A stretch of 41,665 nucleotides of DNA from an uncultured Rickettsiales bacterium (GTDB taxonomy: Bacteria > Pseudomonadota > Alphaproteobacteria > Rickettsiales > UBA1997). The DNA lies in the NCBI GenBank assembly GCA_937927795.1, contig CALBSF010000204.1:1-41665 (forward strand), given 5' to 3'. The notes beneath the pieces are model-generated. The model was not told where the DNA came from and searched no databases. It worked only from the letters and a program-made list of their open reading frames with translations. The translations under genes were made by a program, and so were the position numbers. Positions 9,770 through 18,605 of the stretch are shown one piece after another; position 1 is the stretch's first letter, and the number at the start of each line of letters is the position of its first letter.

Positions 9770-10183
9770 CTAAAATCCCCAATTTTCCTCTTGTTCTTGC
9801 CATAAATCAGGAATTTCTTTATTGATCAAATCAGTCAATCGCAACTCTCTTGGATGAGTTCCATTTAAAATTCTCTCAACAATTTTTGGCGACAAAAAAT
9901 TCAAGTTAAAAACTCGACTTACATAAGAAGCCGTAACTTTTTCCTTCTCCGCAATTTCTCCAAGAGATGCCACTTGCCCTTCATCAATCATGATTTTCCA
10001 TTTATAAGCTTTGGCGATGGTTTTTATCATACTTTCATCAATATGTTTCTTTCCTTCTTCTTTTGTGATGTTTTTTGGCTCTATAATGAGCGCCACGCCT
10101 CTTTTTCTTATAATTTTGATGGGAACGAAGATATCGATCGTTTCATCATCTATTAAAGGCTTTTCCTGATTTTCATCTTTCAT
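9770..10183 (-). CDS. Recombinase-associated HTH protein (137 aa)
   Basis: It lies immediately downstream of the recombinase gene on the same strand. The C-terminal 'ASLGEIAEKEKVTASYVSRVFNLNFLSPKIVERILNGTHPRELRLTDL...IPDLWQEQEENWGF' matches an HTH-type tail often seen beside alphaproteobacterial serine recombinases (from memory). Confidence 0.55.
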   Translation of the reverse strand: MKDENQEKPLIDDETIDIFVPIKIIRKRGVALIIEPKNITKEEGKKHIDESMIKTIAKAYKWKIMIDEGQVASLGEIAEKEKVTASYVSRVFNLNFLSPKIVERILNGTHPRELRLTDLINKEIPDLWQEQEENWGF

Positions 10184-10185
10184 AA

Positions 10186-11535
10186 TTAATCATTTAGTTC
10201 TGTTGTTAATGAAGTCAGACCTTTTTTAAAAATTCTGATATTTAAACCATTTGGCGTGACGATAATATCTTTAATCAGCAGATTGATTATTCTTGCCTGT
10301 TCAATTGGAAATAATTCTTCCCAAATCTTCTCAATTTGTTTAAAAGAATTGATCACAACACTTTCAGGAATGCGATTGATTGACTGACTAATCGTGTGAA
10401 CCACAAATTCCGGCTTTTTTAACAAGATCAAAATCTGACCAGTTACCAAGCTTTCTGCTTCTCCTGCAGATATTCTGCCAACTGAACATGATTCATTATT
10501 ACCGATAGCTTTTGATGAGCACAGATAATAACGATATCTCTTTCCTTGTTTCTTGGTGTAAGTTGGAATCATCTGACGACCGCAATTTCCACATTTGATA
10601 ATGCCTTTAAGCAATGGCGCTGATGATATTCGTGATAACGGAATTGAAATTTGCGGAGCAGGATTTTCTTGATAATTTTTTTTTGAGCGTCCTAAAAAAA
10701 TATCTTTCACCTCTTGCCATGTTTGCTCATCAATGATTGCTTTATGTAAGCCATCATAAACTTGATCTTTGTGTTGGATTTTTCCTGCATAAACAGGATT
10801 TTCCAACATGCTTCTGACATTTTTTATAGTAAACTTGCCGCCTTTTTGCAGTCTGCCTTTTCCTGAAATTCTTACTTTTGTGGTAAAGCCTGAATTATTA
10901 AGGTCTCTCGCGGTTTCAGTTACGGATTCGGTTTCAATAAATTTATTGAATAAAGCTGTTATAATTTTTGCTTCTTTTTCATTTATGATCAGTTTTTTAT
11001 CATCGATATCATAGCCAAGCGGAGGATTGCCGCCCATCCACATTCCTTTCTTTTTTGAAGCGCTAATTTTATCTCTGACGCGTTCGCTGGCTAATTCTCT
11101 TTCATATTGAGCAAAGCTCATAATCATTCCGAGCATTAACCTACCTGAAGCGGTAGCGGTGTTAAAACTTTCTGTTACTGATGTAAAACTAACTTTGTGT
11201 TCATCAAATAAATTCAAAATGTTGGTGAAATCAAAAAGGCTTCTACTGATGCGATCTGCTTTGTAAACAACAACACAATCAATTTTTTTATCTTTTATAT
11301 CTTTTAGTAATCTTTGAAAAGCCGGACGATCAGTATTTCCGCCGGAATAAGCTCCATCGTCATAATAATCAGGAAGCAAAATCCATCCTTCGCTTATTTG
11401 TGATGCGATATAATTTTCTGCTGCCAATCTTTGAGCGTCAAGCGAATTAAAAGATTGATCCAATCCTTCCTCACGAGATTTTCTTGTATAAACAGCGCAT
11501 CTGATTTTTGGTTTATTTACAAGATTATCTATCAT
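10186..11535 (-). CDS. Large serine recombinase (phage integrase)
   Basis: N-terminal resolvase catalytic domain ('CAVYTRKSREEGLDQSFNSLDAQR', 'VYKADRISRS'). Central recombinase domain. Zn-ribbon ('CGNCGRQM...RYYLCSS...CSVGR'). C-terminal coiled coil. Confidence 0.92.
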   Translation of the reverse strand: MIDNLVNKPKIRCAVYTRKSREEGLDQSFNSLDAQRLAAENYIASQISEGWILLPDYYDDGAYSGGNTDRPAFQRLLKDIKDKKIDCVVVYKADRISRSLFDFTNILNLFDEHKVSFTSVTESFNTATASGRLMLGMIMSFAQYERELASERVRDKISASKKKGMWMGGNPPLGYDIDDKKLIINEKEAKIITALFNKFIETESVTETARDLNNSGFTTKVRISGKGRLQKGGKFTIKNVRSMLENPVYAGKIQHKDQVYDGLHKAIIDEQTWQEVKDIFLGRSKKNYQENPAPQISIPLSRISSAPLLKGIIKCGNCGRQMIPTYTKKQGKRYRYYLCSSKAIGNNESCSVGRISAGEAESLVTGQILILLKKPEFVVHTISQSINRIPESVVINSFKQIEKIWEELFPIEQARIINLLIKDIIVTPNGLNIRIFKKGLTSLTTELND

Positions 11536-11948
11536 GATTTCAAATTAAAAAATTTGGGACCATTCCATTTTGTGCCAGTAATTTTTTTGGCGATGGCTGA
11601 TAAACTCTTGAATTTTTGTCCTTGATATTCGTAGCAATCACCCAACACTTCCACTTCATGTTTGAAGCCACCCCACTGGCGGCAAATTTTTGTGCCTGTT
11701 GCTAAATTATTTGCACTTTTCAATGAGTTATTTGAAACACCTGCAATGGTTAAAAGTTTGGCTTTGGTTTCTTCGGCAAGGCTACCGAAGGCTAATTCTT
11801 GTAAGCGATAAGCAATCCTTGGTTTTAGATATTCTTTCTTTGAATTTGCCGGTGATTTTTTTGGCATTAATTCATCATGAAGTTTACGCAACTCAGAAAC
11901 TGGTTTATTTTCTAATTCTATAATTTGTCTAACGATACTTTTACTCAT
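11532..11948 (-). CDS. DUF2924-family protein
   Basis: 'RIAYRLQELAFGSL...CRQWGGFKHEVEVLGDCYEYQGQKFKSLSAIAKKITGTKWNGPKFFNL' is the characteristic DUF2924 pattern. It overlaps the recombinase start by 4 nt. Confidence 0.7.
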   Translation of the reverse strand: MSKSIVRQIIELENKPVSELRKLHDELMPKKSPANSKKEYLKPRIAYRLQELAFGSLAEETKAKLLTIAGVSNNSLKSANNLATGTKICRQWGGFKHEVEVLGDCYEYQGQKFKSLSAIAKKITGTKWNGPKFFNLKS

Positions 11949-12145
11949 AATGTTGTTGGTTGTTGAACATGGTTAAAACCAACACTATGAAGGCTCAAAA
12001 AGGATTTACTATCAAGTTGAATCTGATCTTTTTTGATTGATTTTTTTTCTTCTAAGCGATAAATTCCTCTTGCAAGAATTGAGGCAATTTCGGATAATCT
12101 TTCTTGTTTTTTGAGGTTGTTTTCAATTTTATTTTGCATCTTCAT
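11945..12145 (-). CDS. Hypothetical small protein, first gene of the recombinase operon
   Basis: It shares a 4-nt overlap with the DUF2924 start. It is a small basic helical protein with no motif. Confidence 0.4.
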   Translation of the reverse strand: MKMQNKIENNLKKQERLSEIASILARGIYRLEEKKSIKKDQIQLDSKSFLSLHSVGFNHVQQPTTL

Positions 12146-12489
12146 ATGGCGGCAGTTTTTTCATAAAAAATTCTCCCCAATATTAAAAATCATCTGCCAT
12201 TTACCCGCAACATACCAGACCTTGGAAGAATTTCCTTTAACGACACAAGCAACGACAATCATCACCAATTTGTTCATTTTTAGACACAAAATGATACAGT
12301 TGCAAAAATCTCGCATCAAAACATTTACAAAAATTATTGTAATCGGATAAGATCTTTAAGGTTATTTTAAGATTGGAGTGTCGCGCCTTTTATCACCTCA
12401 TTGTAGGCGAGTGAGAGATTTTGATGTTTTAAATGTCCTAAATTATCACCCGATCGGCACAACGCTCTGCCACCTAAAGCGTTAACGAC

Positions 12490-13674
12490 ATGGAAGCAAA
12501 AATTAAAAAGCTGATCCGCAGCACCCCAGAGGAAGACCTCAAATCCCTGCTTGATAAATATGAGCTAAAATTGCCGGAAGATTTTAAATGGCAAAACGGC
12601 ACAAAAAAATACCACTCCCAACTTTTTAATTCGATTTGGAATCTTGATGATGAAGAGCGCAAAGCTCACCTCTTTGAGATAATTGAGCGCGTTCATGAAA
12701 TGATTGACGAGCTTGGACAATCTGCTCTAATGGCAAGACATACAATTGCCAGTAATGACAATTTTATCAGTTTAAAAAGCGAACATTCCCGTTGCTTGTG
12801 GGCATTGCAAAATCATCCGCAGGAATTTGAAAAAGCCGAATATTGCGCCTCGCTTGATTACAAAAGAAAATCGCGCGAATGGAGTTCGTTTGTTGCGCCT
12901 CGGATGAGAGAAATTCATAACACCAAAGAACATCTAGAAGAGTTTAAGCAGATGGTTCTTGAGTGCTTTAACATCAGCAAAAAAATCAAAGTTGAAATTT
13001 TTGAACGAATCAAAACCGATCATCACGACAAAGAAATCGCTATCTTCCAGCTAATCGCCTATCATGACGGATTACACAAATCGCTTCAAACTTTTGAAAA
13101 AGAAGAAGTCGTCACAAAATATTTTCCAACAGTAAATGAATTTTCAATCAGCTACGAACCTCACACTGGCATTGTTGAGGTTGTTTCTGATTGTAAAGAA
13201 AATCGCGGCAAACTTGCCAAAGCCTTCGTTAATACTTTTCTAAAAGCCGAAGATGAAATTGATGAGATTCCGATCAAAAAATTTGATCTCTCGATGTTGA
13301 AGGTTCCTTACAATTTTATGAAAGATGTTGATCCAAGCGATTTGATTGATGATGTAAAAGTAACGCTACTAAAGCTGCAACCACTTGATAGCAGAAATTC
13401 AACAACGCTTGAGGCTCTTTTTAGAGATCATCGCTCCATTTATTCTTTGGCGCAAGATTGGTATGCTCAGTATAATCCGCTTCATGGCTCCTTTACTATC
13501 AAGAGAGCCAGACTTTCGATTAAATTCAAACCAACGGATAAAAATCCGCGCGGTAAACTTTTACATGTTAACATCACTGACCCAAATGGATGCGATTTAA
13601 AAGACCGATCAGAAAGAGAAAAAATGATAGGCAATAAATATTTAGAAAAATGGGGTTTAATGGAAAGAATCTGA
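12490..13674 (+). CDS. Hypothetical protein (394 aa), no recognisable domain
   Basis: Long clean ORF with an ATG start and protein-like, non-repetitive composition. The next ORF overlaps its 3' end by 25 nt. Confidence 0.7.
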   Translation: MEAKIKKLIRSTPEEDLKSLLDKYELKLPEDFKWQNGTKKYHSQLFNSIWNLDDEERKAHLFEIIERVHEMIDELGQSALMARHTIASNDNFISLKSEHSRCLWALQNHPQEFEKAEYCASLDYKRKSREWSSFVAPRMREIHNTKEHLEEFKQMVLECFNISKKIKVEIFERIKTDHHDKEIAIFQLIAYHDGLHKSLQTFEKEEVVTKYFPTVNEFSISYEPHTGIVEVVSDCKENRGKLAKAFVNTFLKAEDEIDEIPIKKFDLSMLKVPYNFMKDVDPSDLIDDVKVTLLKLQPLDSRNSTTLEALFRDHRSIYSLAQDWYAQYNPLHGSFTIKRARLSIKFKPTDKNPRGKLLHVNITDPNGCDLKDRSEREKMIGNKYLEKWGLMERI

Positions 13675-14612
13675 CACCGCAAATATGCAAATTGTTGATG
13701 GAGATAGTTGAGCAAAAAAATCCTAATATTTCTCACTCAGTTTTATTTTCAGAATTCGGTAAAGATGTAGCAAAATTTTTAATTGATCAGAATTACTTAA
13801 CCCAAGGTGAAAGCCTTGAAAGCTATTGGCTTGGCAGTGAAGACAAAGATGTTGATGTTGAGTGGAATGAAAAACTAAACTCGTATGCTTACCTTTCATC
13901 TAGCGGAAAATTTGTCGCAGTAAAAAACGATGATCTCAAAACTTATGACGCAAATTTTGAAAAAATTGTCAGCTTTTTAGCTAAAGAATTTGATGTTTCG
14001 GAAAGCAGCAAAACCAAGCAAAATCAACATCTTGAAGGATTGCTGTTTTTTGTTGGCGAAGCGCGGATAAGCAAAAAGAAAGTTGCAGTATTTTTTGTCC
14101 GCAGACTCAACGACAATGAGGTTCTTAAGAAAGTTGAAGAATTTTTTATCAAACCAACATCCTCTTTACCTAAGTTAATCCTTACTTCGTCAAATCATCT
14201 CTCTCCCGAATCTCTTAAAAATAAATCCAAAATTATTTCAATTCCAAAACTGCTTGGACTGGCTAACAGCAAGGCTTTGTTCAACATGGATTATATTGCC
14301 AATGTAATTTTTGGAATTGGTAGTGATGAAGCAAAGCCCGATGTTTATTGCACCGAAGATGCCAGCACTCTTTTTATTGGTGATAAAAGTTGGAGCATCA
14401 AAGGCGACAAACAGCGCCAGATCATTAAGCTCATGTGTGATCATTACCTTGAAAATCCTGAGAAAAAAATCAGATGGCCGGATTTATTAAACGATGCCGA
14501 CATCGAAACATCTTCACGATTTAGAGATTTTTTCAAATACAGCGCCGTGCTGGAAGCTATAAATCATCAAAACGGATTCGTTTGGTTTAACACTGGCGAA
14601 AAAATCGACTAA
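13650..14612 (+). CDS. Hypothetical protein (320 aa), no recognisable domain
   Basis: Long clean ORF overlapping the 3' end of the preceding gene. An alternative start is the Met of 'MEIVEQ' near 13698. The C-terminal ~80 aa ('IKGDKQRQIIKLMCDHYLENPEKKIRWPDLL') look wHTH-like; this is weak. Confidence 0.7.
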   Translation: MGFNGKNLTPQICKLLMEIVEQKNPNISHSVLFSEFGKDVAKFLIDQNYLTQGESLESYWLGSEDKDVDVEWNEKLNSYAYLSSSGKFVAVKNDDLKTYDANFEKIVSFLAKEFDVSESSKTKQNQHLEGLLFFVGEARISKKKVAVFFVRRLNDNEVLKKVEEFFIKPTSSLPKLILTSSNHLSPESLKNKSKIISIPKLLGLANSKALFNMDYIANVIFGIGSDEAKPDVYCTEDASTLFIGDKSWSIKGDKQRQIIKLMCDHYLENPEKKIRWPDLLNDADIETSSRFRDFFKYSAVLEAINHQNGFVWFNTGEKID

Positions 14613-14631
14613 AAACATCAAAAAAATTTAA

Positions 14632-14676
14632 TTCCTCCCGTTTCCTCCCCCTTTCTCCCCCCGAACTCCTCCTCCC
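14632..14676 (+). repeat. 45-nt polypyrimidine tract with four CCTCC motifs (G-rich on the minus strand)
   Basis: ttcctcccgtttcctccccctttctccccccgaactcctcctccc has 41/45 pyrimidines. CCTCC occurs at 14634, 14644, 14668 and 14671. It lies in an intergenic region of an otherwise AT-rich window. Confidence 0.8.
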
Positions 14677-14730
14677 AGACTTTCTAATCTGTTCGTAGTT
14701 ATTCGTTAATCAACTAACCGAACTACGTCA

Positions 14731-14973
14731 ATGACAAATCAAGATCAATATTTACCTGAGAAATGCGTTGCCAACCGGTGGGGCATTTCATCCCGAACAT
14801 TACAAAGATGGCGCTGGCTTGGGCTTGGCCCTCCTTACATGAAAATCGGCGGCCGTGTCCGCTACTCCTTACTAGGCATAATGGAGTTTGAAGAGAAGAG
14901 CTTCGGGAAAAATCCCAACACTCAAAAGCCAGCCAAAAAAAATTTAATAATCGTTAGGGAGCCTCAATTATGA
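14731..14973 (+). CDS. AlpA/excisionase-family HTH DNA-binding protein
   Basis: 'RWGISSRTLQRWRWLGLGPPYMKIGGRVRYSL' is the HTH_17 / AlpA-type pattern. It is the first gene of the plus-strand early operon. Confidence 0.7.
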   Translation: MTNQDQYLPEKCVANRWGISSRTLQRWRWLGLGPPYMKIGGRVRYSLLGIMEFEEKSFGKNPNTQKPAKKNLIIVREPQL

Positions 14974-15461
14974 ATCAAAACAAAATTAACTTACAAGATG
15001 TTCCAAATATTCCAATCGGAACATTATCAAAATTAGCGCCAGAGCAATTGCTCTGCCTTCAAGAACAAGCATTACAGCATCTACAAAAAGCTAAAATGCT
15101 TAAAGATTGGCTGGATAACAGCATCGCTCTTAAATATCGCGATATTGCCTCCAACCTTCGCAAAATTGATTCCAAAGATAGTGGCACAGTCCATTTCACA
15201 GATGGCGATTTTAAGATCACTTCTGTTTTGGCAAAAAAAGTCGACTGGAATCAGGAAAAATTAAAGGATGTTGTCACCGCCATCAGAAAACACGGCGATA
15301 ATCCTGATGAATATGTCGAAAGCTCTTATCGCATCTCTGAAACCAAATACACCTCGTGGCCAGAGCATATCAAAAACATTTTCAAGCCAGCGCGTCTTCT
15401 AAAAACAGGTGCTGAGACTTTTAAGATTCAGCCGCTTGCTGAAGGAGGTGCAAATGAATAG
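14970..15461 (+). CDS. Hypothetical phage early protein (163 aa)
   Basis: ATGA overlap with the upstream gene. Its position immediately precedes the AAA_24 ATPase. No motif recognised. Confidence 0.6.
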   Translation: MNQNKINLQDVPNIPIGTLSKLAPEQLLCLQEQALQHLQKAKMLKDWLDNSIALKYRDIASNLRKIDSKDSGTVHFTDGDFKITSVLAKKVDWNQEKLKDVVTAIRKHGDNPDEYVESSYRISETKYTSWPEHIKNIFKPARLLKTGAETFKIQPLAEGGANE

Positions 15462-16293
15462 CCTCCCAATTATCAGCGCAGATGAACGCTTAAAAGAAAC
15501 CAGAGGAATCAAAGGCTGCATCTTTGGTAAATCTGGTATCGGTAAAACTTCTCTACTTTGGACGCTCGATCCAAACAAAACTCTCTTCTTCGATCTTGAA
15601 GCTGGCGATCTCGCAGTTGAAGGCTGGCAAGGTGACACCATTCGACCAAAAACTTGGTCAGAATGTTGCGACTTTGCAGTCTTTATCGGCGGACCAAATC
15701 GCGCGCTTCGTCCTGATCAAAAGTTTAGTCAGCGCCACTTTGACGAGGTTTGTCAAAAGTTTGGCGACCCTGCAATCCTAGATAAATACGACACGATTTT
15801 CATCGACAGTATAACAGTCGCTGGTCGTTTGTGTTTTGGATATTGCCAAGGTCAACCGGAAGCGTTCAGTGAAAAATCGGGAAAGCCTGACACTCGCGGC
15901 GCTTATGGTTTGCATGGGCGCGAGATGATCTCTTGGTTAACTCACCTTCAACATACTCGCAGCAAAAATATTTGGTTTGTCGGCATCTTGGATGAAAAAC
16001 TCGATGACTTTAACCGCAAATATTACCAGCCGCAGATTGAAGGCAGCAAAACTGGTTTAGAACTTCCAGGCATTGTCGATCAAGTAATCACAATGGCGGA
16101 AATCCAACCAGAAGACAAAGGGCAATCCTACCGCGCTTTCATCTGTCACACCATCAATCAGTTCAATTATCCGGCTAAGGATCGCTCAAGAAGACTCGAG
16201 CAAATAGAGGAACCACACCTCGGCAACCTCATGCAAAAGATCAGGTCTGAAGCCAAACCAATCAACGAACAACTCATTTTTAATAATAACTAA
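15454..16293 (+). CDS. AAA_24 / Sak4-like RecA-fold ATPase
   Basis: I chose the start at ATG 15454, which has a GAAGGAGG SD. Walker A 'GKSGIGKTS' and Walker B-like 'TIFIDSI'. Typical partner of DUF669 and a helicase in phage recombination modules. Confidence 0.75.
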   Translation: MNSLPIISADERLKETRGIKGCIFGKSGIGKTSLLWTLDPNKTLFFDLEAGDLAVEGWQGDTIRPKTWSECCDFAVFIGGPNRALRPDQKFSQRHFDEVCQKFGDPAILDKYDTIFIDSITVAGRLCFGYCQGQPEAFSEKSGKPDTRGAYGLHGREMISWLTHLQHTRSKNIWFVGILDEKLDDFNRKYYQPQIEGSKTGLELPGIVDQVITMAEIQPEDKGQSYRAFICHTINQFNYPAKDRSRRLEQIEEPHLGNLMQKIRSEAKPINEQLIFNNN

Positions 16294-16311
16294 AAACAAC
16301 AAGGAGATTTT

Positions 16312-16884
16312 ATGTCTATGGATTTTAACAACAGCGAAAACCAATCAAGTTTTGATCTTATTCCAAACAACACTCTGGCCAAAGTCAGAATGTCCATCAA
16401 GCCAGGTGGCTATGATGACCAAAGCCAAGGATGGGTTGGAGGTTATGCAACAAGAAATGAAAATACCGGCTCAATTTATCTGTCCTGCGAATTTGTAATT
16501 CTTGAAGGCGAATATGCACGGCGCAAAGTCTGGGGGTTGATCGGTCTTTACAGCAACAAAGGCGCAGAATGGGGAAATATGGGTCGCTCATTTATCAAAG
16601 CGATTCTCAATTCTGCCAGAGGCGTCTCTGAAAATGACAACTCACCAGCTGCACAAAATGCCAGAAAAATTAACGGCTTTGCTGATTTAGATGGCATTGA
16701 GTTTATTGCCAAAATCACCACCAAAAAAGATCAAAACGAGGAACTCAGAAATGAAATCCGTTTTGCCATAACTCCTGACCACAAAGATTATCAGGCATTC
16801 ATGGGAAGCATTGCACAGGTTGCTGTCAAAGCTCCAACTCCTGCAGCACCCGCTGCTAACAATCGTCCAGCTTGGGCTAGATAG
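16312..16884 (+). CDS. DUF669-family phage protein (putative ssDNA-binding)
   Basis: AAGGAG SD. 'FDLIPNNTLAKVRMSIKPGG...YLSCEFVILEG' resembles DUF669. It has the canonical position between the AAA_24 ATPase and the helicase. Confidence 0.6.
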   Translation: MSMDFNNSENQSSFDLIPNNTLAKVRMSIKPGGYDDQSQGWVGGYATRNENTGSIYLSCEFVILEGEYARRKVWGLIGLYSNKGAEWGNMGRSFIKAILNSARGVSENDNSPAAQNARKINGFADLDGIEFIAKITTKKDQNEELRNEIRFAITPDHKDYQAFMGSIAQVAVKAPTPAAPAANNRPAWAR

Positions 16885-16898
16885 ATTAAGGAGCAGCC

Positions 16899-18605
16899 AT
16901 GATACTTCGCAAAAGACAACAGGAGTTCGTAGAAAAGAGCGTTACCGCGCTAAAACAGCACGGCAACACTCTTGGCATCGCGCCCACAGGAGCAGGCAAA
17001 ACACTGATGTTTTCTGCTGTTGTTGGCGAACTTCTTGGCGCTGATAATAAAGCCTTAATTCTTGCTCATCGCGATGAATTAACTTCGCAAAATCAGGAAA
17101 AGTTTTTGCGGATTAATCCCAATGTCAGCACTTCTGTTTTTGATGCTAAAAGCAAATCATTTGCTGGTCAGGCAGTTTTTGCGATGGTGCAAACCTTATC
17201 GCGCAAAGAAAATTTAAACCTGATTCCAGCAATTGATATTTTGGCAATTGATGAAGGACATCACTGCGTTTCACCAAGCTATCGCAACATCATCAACGAG
17301 GTAAAAGAAAAAAATCCGTCAGTTCTGATTTACGGCGTGACTGCCACACCAAGTCGCGGTGATAAAAAAGATTTAGGCGATATTTTTTCCAATGTTGCCG
17401 ATCAGATCAAAATTTCTGAGTTGGTTGCATCTGGTCATTTGGTTCGTCCACGAACTTACATCATCGATGTTGGAACTCAAAGCGAGCTGAAGAATGTCAA
17501 AAAAACTGCCGGCGATTTCGACATGGCAGCAGTTGAAAAAATCATGAACAAACTTCCGATCACCGAAGAAGTTTTTGCCAAATGGCAGGAACTTGCCGGC
17601 AATCGCAAGACTGTGATTTTTTGTTCAACTGTTGCTCATGCCAAATCGGTTGCAGGAGTTTTTAACGCTCACGGAATCAAAACAGTTTTTATCAGCGGTG
17701 ATTTATCAGAGTCAGAAAGGAAAAATGTTTTAGCTGAATTTGAACAAGGTGATGCACAAGTAATCGTCAATGTCGCTGTGCTCACTGAGGGTTGGGATTA
17801 TCAACCAACCTCCTGCGTTGTTTTGCTTCGTCCAAGCTCCTTTAAATCAACCATGATTCAGATGATTGGGCGTGGACTTCGTGTAGTTGATACTGAGCTT
17901 TATCCCAATGTTATCAAAGAAGATTGCGTTGTTCTTGATTTTGGAACTTCGAGCTTAATTCACGGCTCGCTTGATGTGGATGTTGATCTTGAGAAGGCAA
18001 AGCAACCAAAGAAAAAAGCTGAATCAAGATTTCAAAAAGAATGCCCGTCATGTTCGATGCTTGTTCCATCGGCATCAAATAGCTGTCCGATTTGTGATTA
18101 CGAATTTGAAAAAGCAGAAGCGGATTCATCAAAAGGCGAATTATCAGGATTCGTTATGTCGGAAATTGATCTGCTAACTCAGAGATCAAACTTCGAATGG
18201 TGCGATATTTTTGGTGATGGCGCGGCTTTGATGGCATCAGGTTTCAATGCTTTTGCCGGAATCTTTTTCTTAAACGATCATTGGTATTCAGTTGGTGGAA
18301 CTGAGTTTGGAATTAAAATTTTAAGCACCGGATCACAAGAAATTTGCCTCGCTGGGGCTGATGATTTTTTAAATGAAAATGAAACTGCAGACAACGCGCA
18401 CAAATCAAAAAGTTGGTTAAAACAAACTGCATCAACAAGGCAGTTGCAGTGCCTGCCTTCAGCTTACCGCAACGATTACAGCATCACCAAATACAAGGCT
18501 GCCAATCTTTTAAAATTCTACTTCAACAAATCCTCCATCCAAAAACTGCTGTTTGAAGCTGATGCTAAAAGAGCCGTGGCAAATGTTATGGGAGGTCACG
18601 CATGA
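16899..18605 (+). CDS. Superfamily-2 DEAD/DEAH-box helicase with an internal Zn-ribbon
   Basis: Motif I 'APTGAGKT', motif II 'DEGHH', motif III 'TATP', motif VI-like 'QMIGRGLR'. Zn-ribbon 'CPSCSMLV...CPICDY'. Confidence 0.85.
   Translation: MILRKRQQEFVEKSVTALKQHGNTLGIAPTGAGKTLMFSAVVGELLGADNKALILAHRDELTSQNQEKFLRINPNVSTSVFDAKSKSFAGQAVFAMVQTLSRKENLNLIPAIDILAIDEGHHCVSPSYRNIINEVKEKNPSVLIYGVTATPSRGDKKDLGDIFSNVADQIKISELVASGHLVRPRTYIIDVGTQSELKNVKKTAGDFDMAAVEKIMNKLPITEEVFAKWQELAGNRKTVIFCSTVAHAKSVAGVFNAHGIKTVFISGDLSESERKNVLAEFEQGDAQVIVNVAVLTEGWDYQPTSCVVLLRPSSFKSTMIQMIGRGLRVVDTELYPNVIKEDCVVLDFGTSSLIHGSLDVDVDLEKAKQPKKKAESRFQKECPSCSMLVPSASNSCPICDYEFEKAEADSSKGELSGFVMSEIDLLTQRSNFEWCDIFGDGAALMASGFNAFAGIFFLNDHWYSVGGTEFGIKILSTGSQEICLAGADDFLNENETADNAHKSKSWLKQTASTRQLQCLPSAYRNDYSITKYKAANLLKFYFNKSSIQKLLFEADAKRAVANVMGGHA

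Noticed and set aside
10676-10700. T9 and A7 homopolymer runs inside the serine recombinase gene (A9/T7 on the coding strand) as a possible slipped-strand phase-variation switch
   Set aside because: Runs of this length are common throughout this AT-rich window. The ORF is intact, and nothing suggests an alternative in-frame product.
12234-12248. Exact 15-bp repeat cctttaacgacacaa, also at 23272-23286; considered as possible att or operator sites
   Set aside because: A single 15-mer coincidence is about what chance predicts in a 41.7-kb window on two strands. The flanks do not match, and the second copy lies inside a coding region.
12111-12350. 79-aa plus-strand ORF in the divergent intergenic region upstream of 12490
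   Set aside because: It overlaps the start of the minus-strand 66-aa gene, has no SD, and has a hydrophobic junk-like sequence. More likely promoter/operator DNA.
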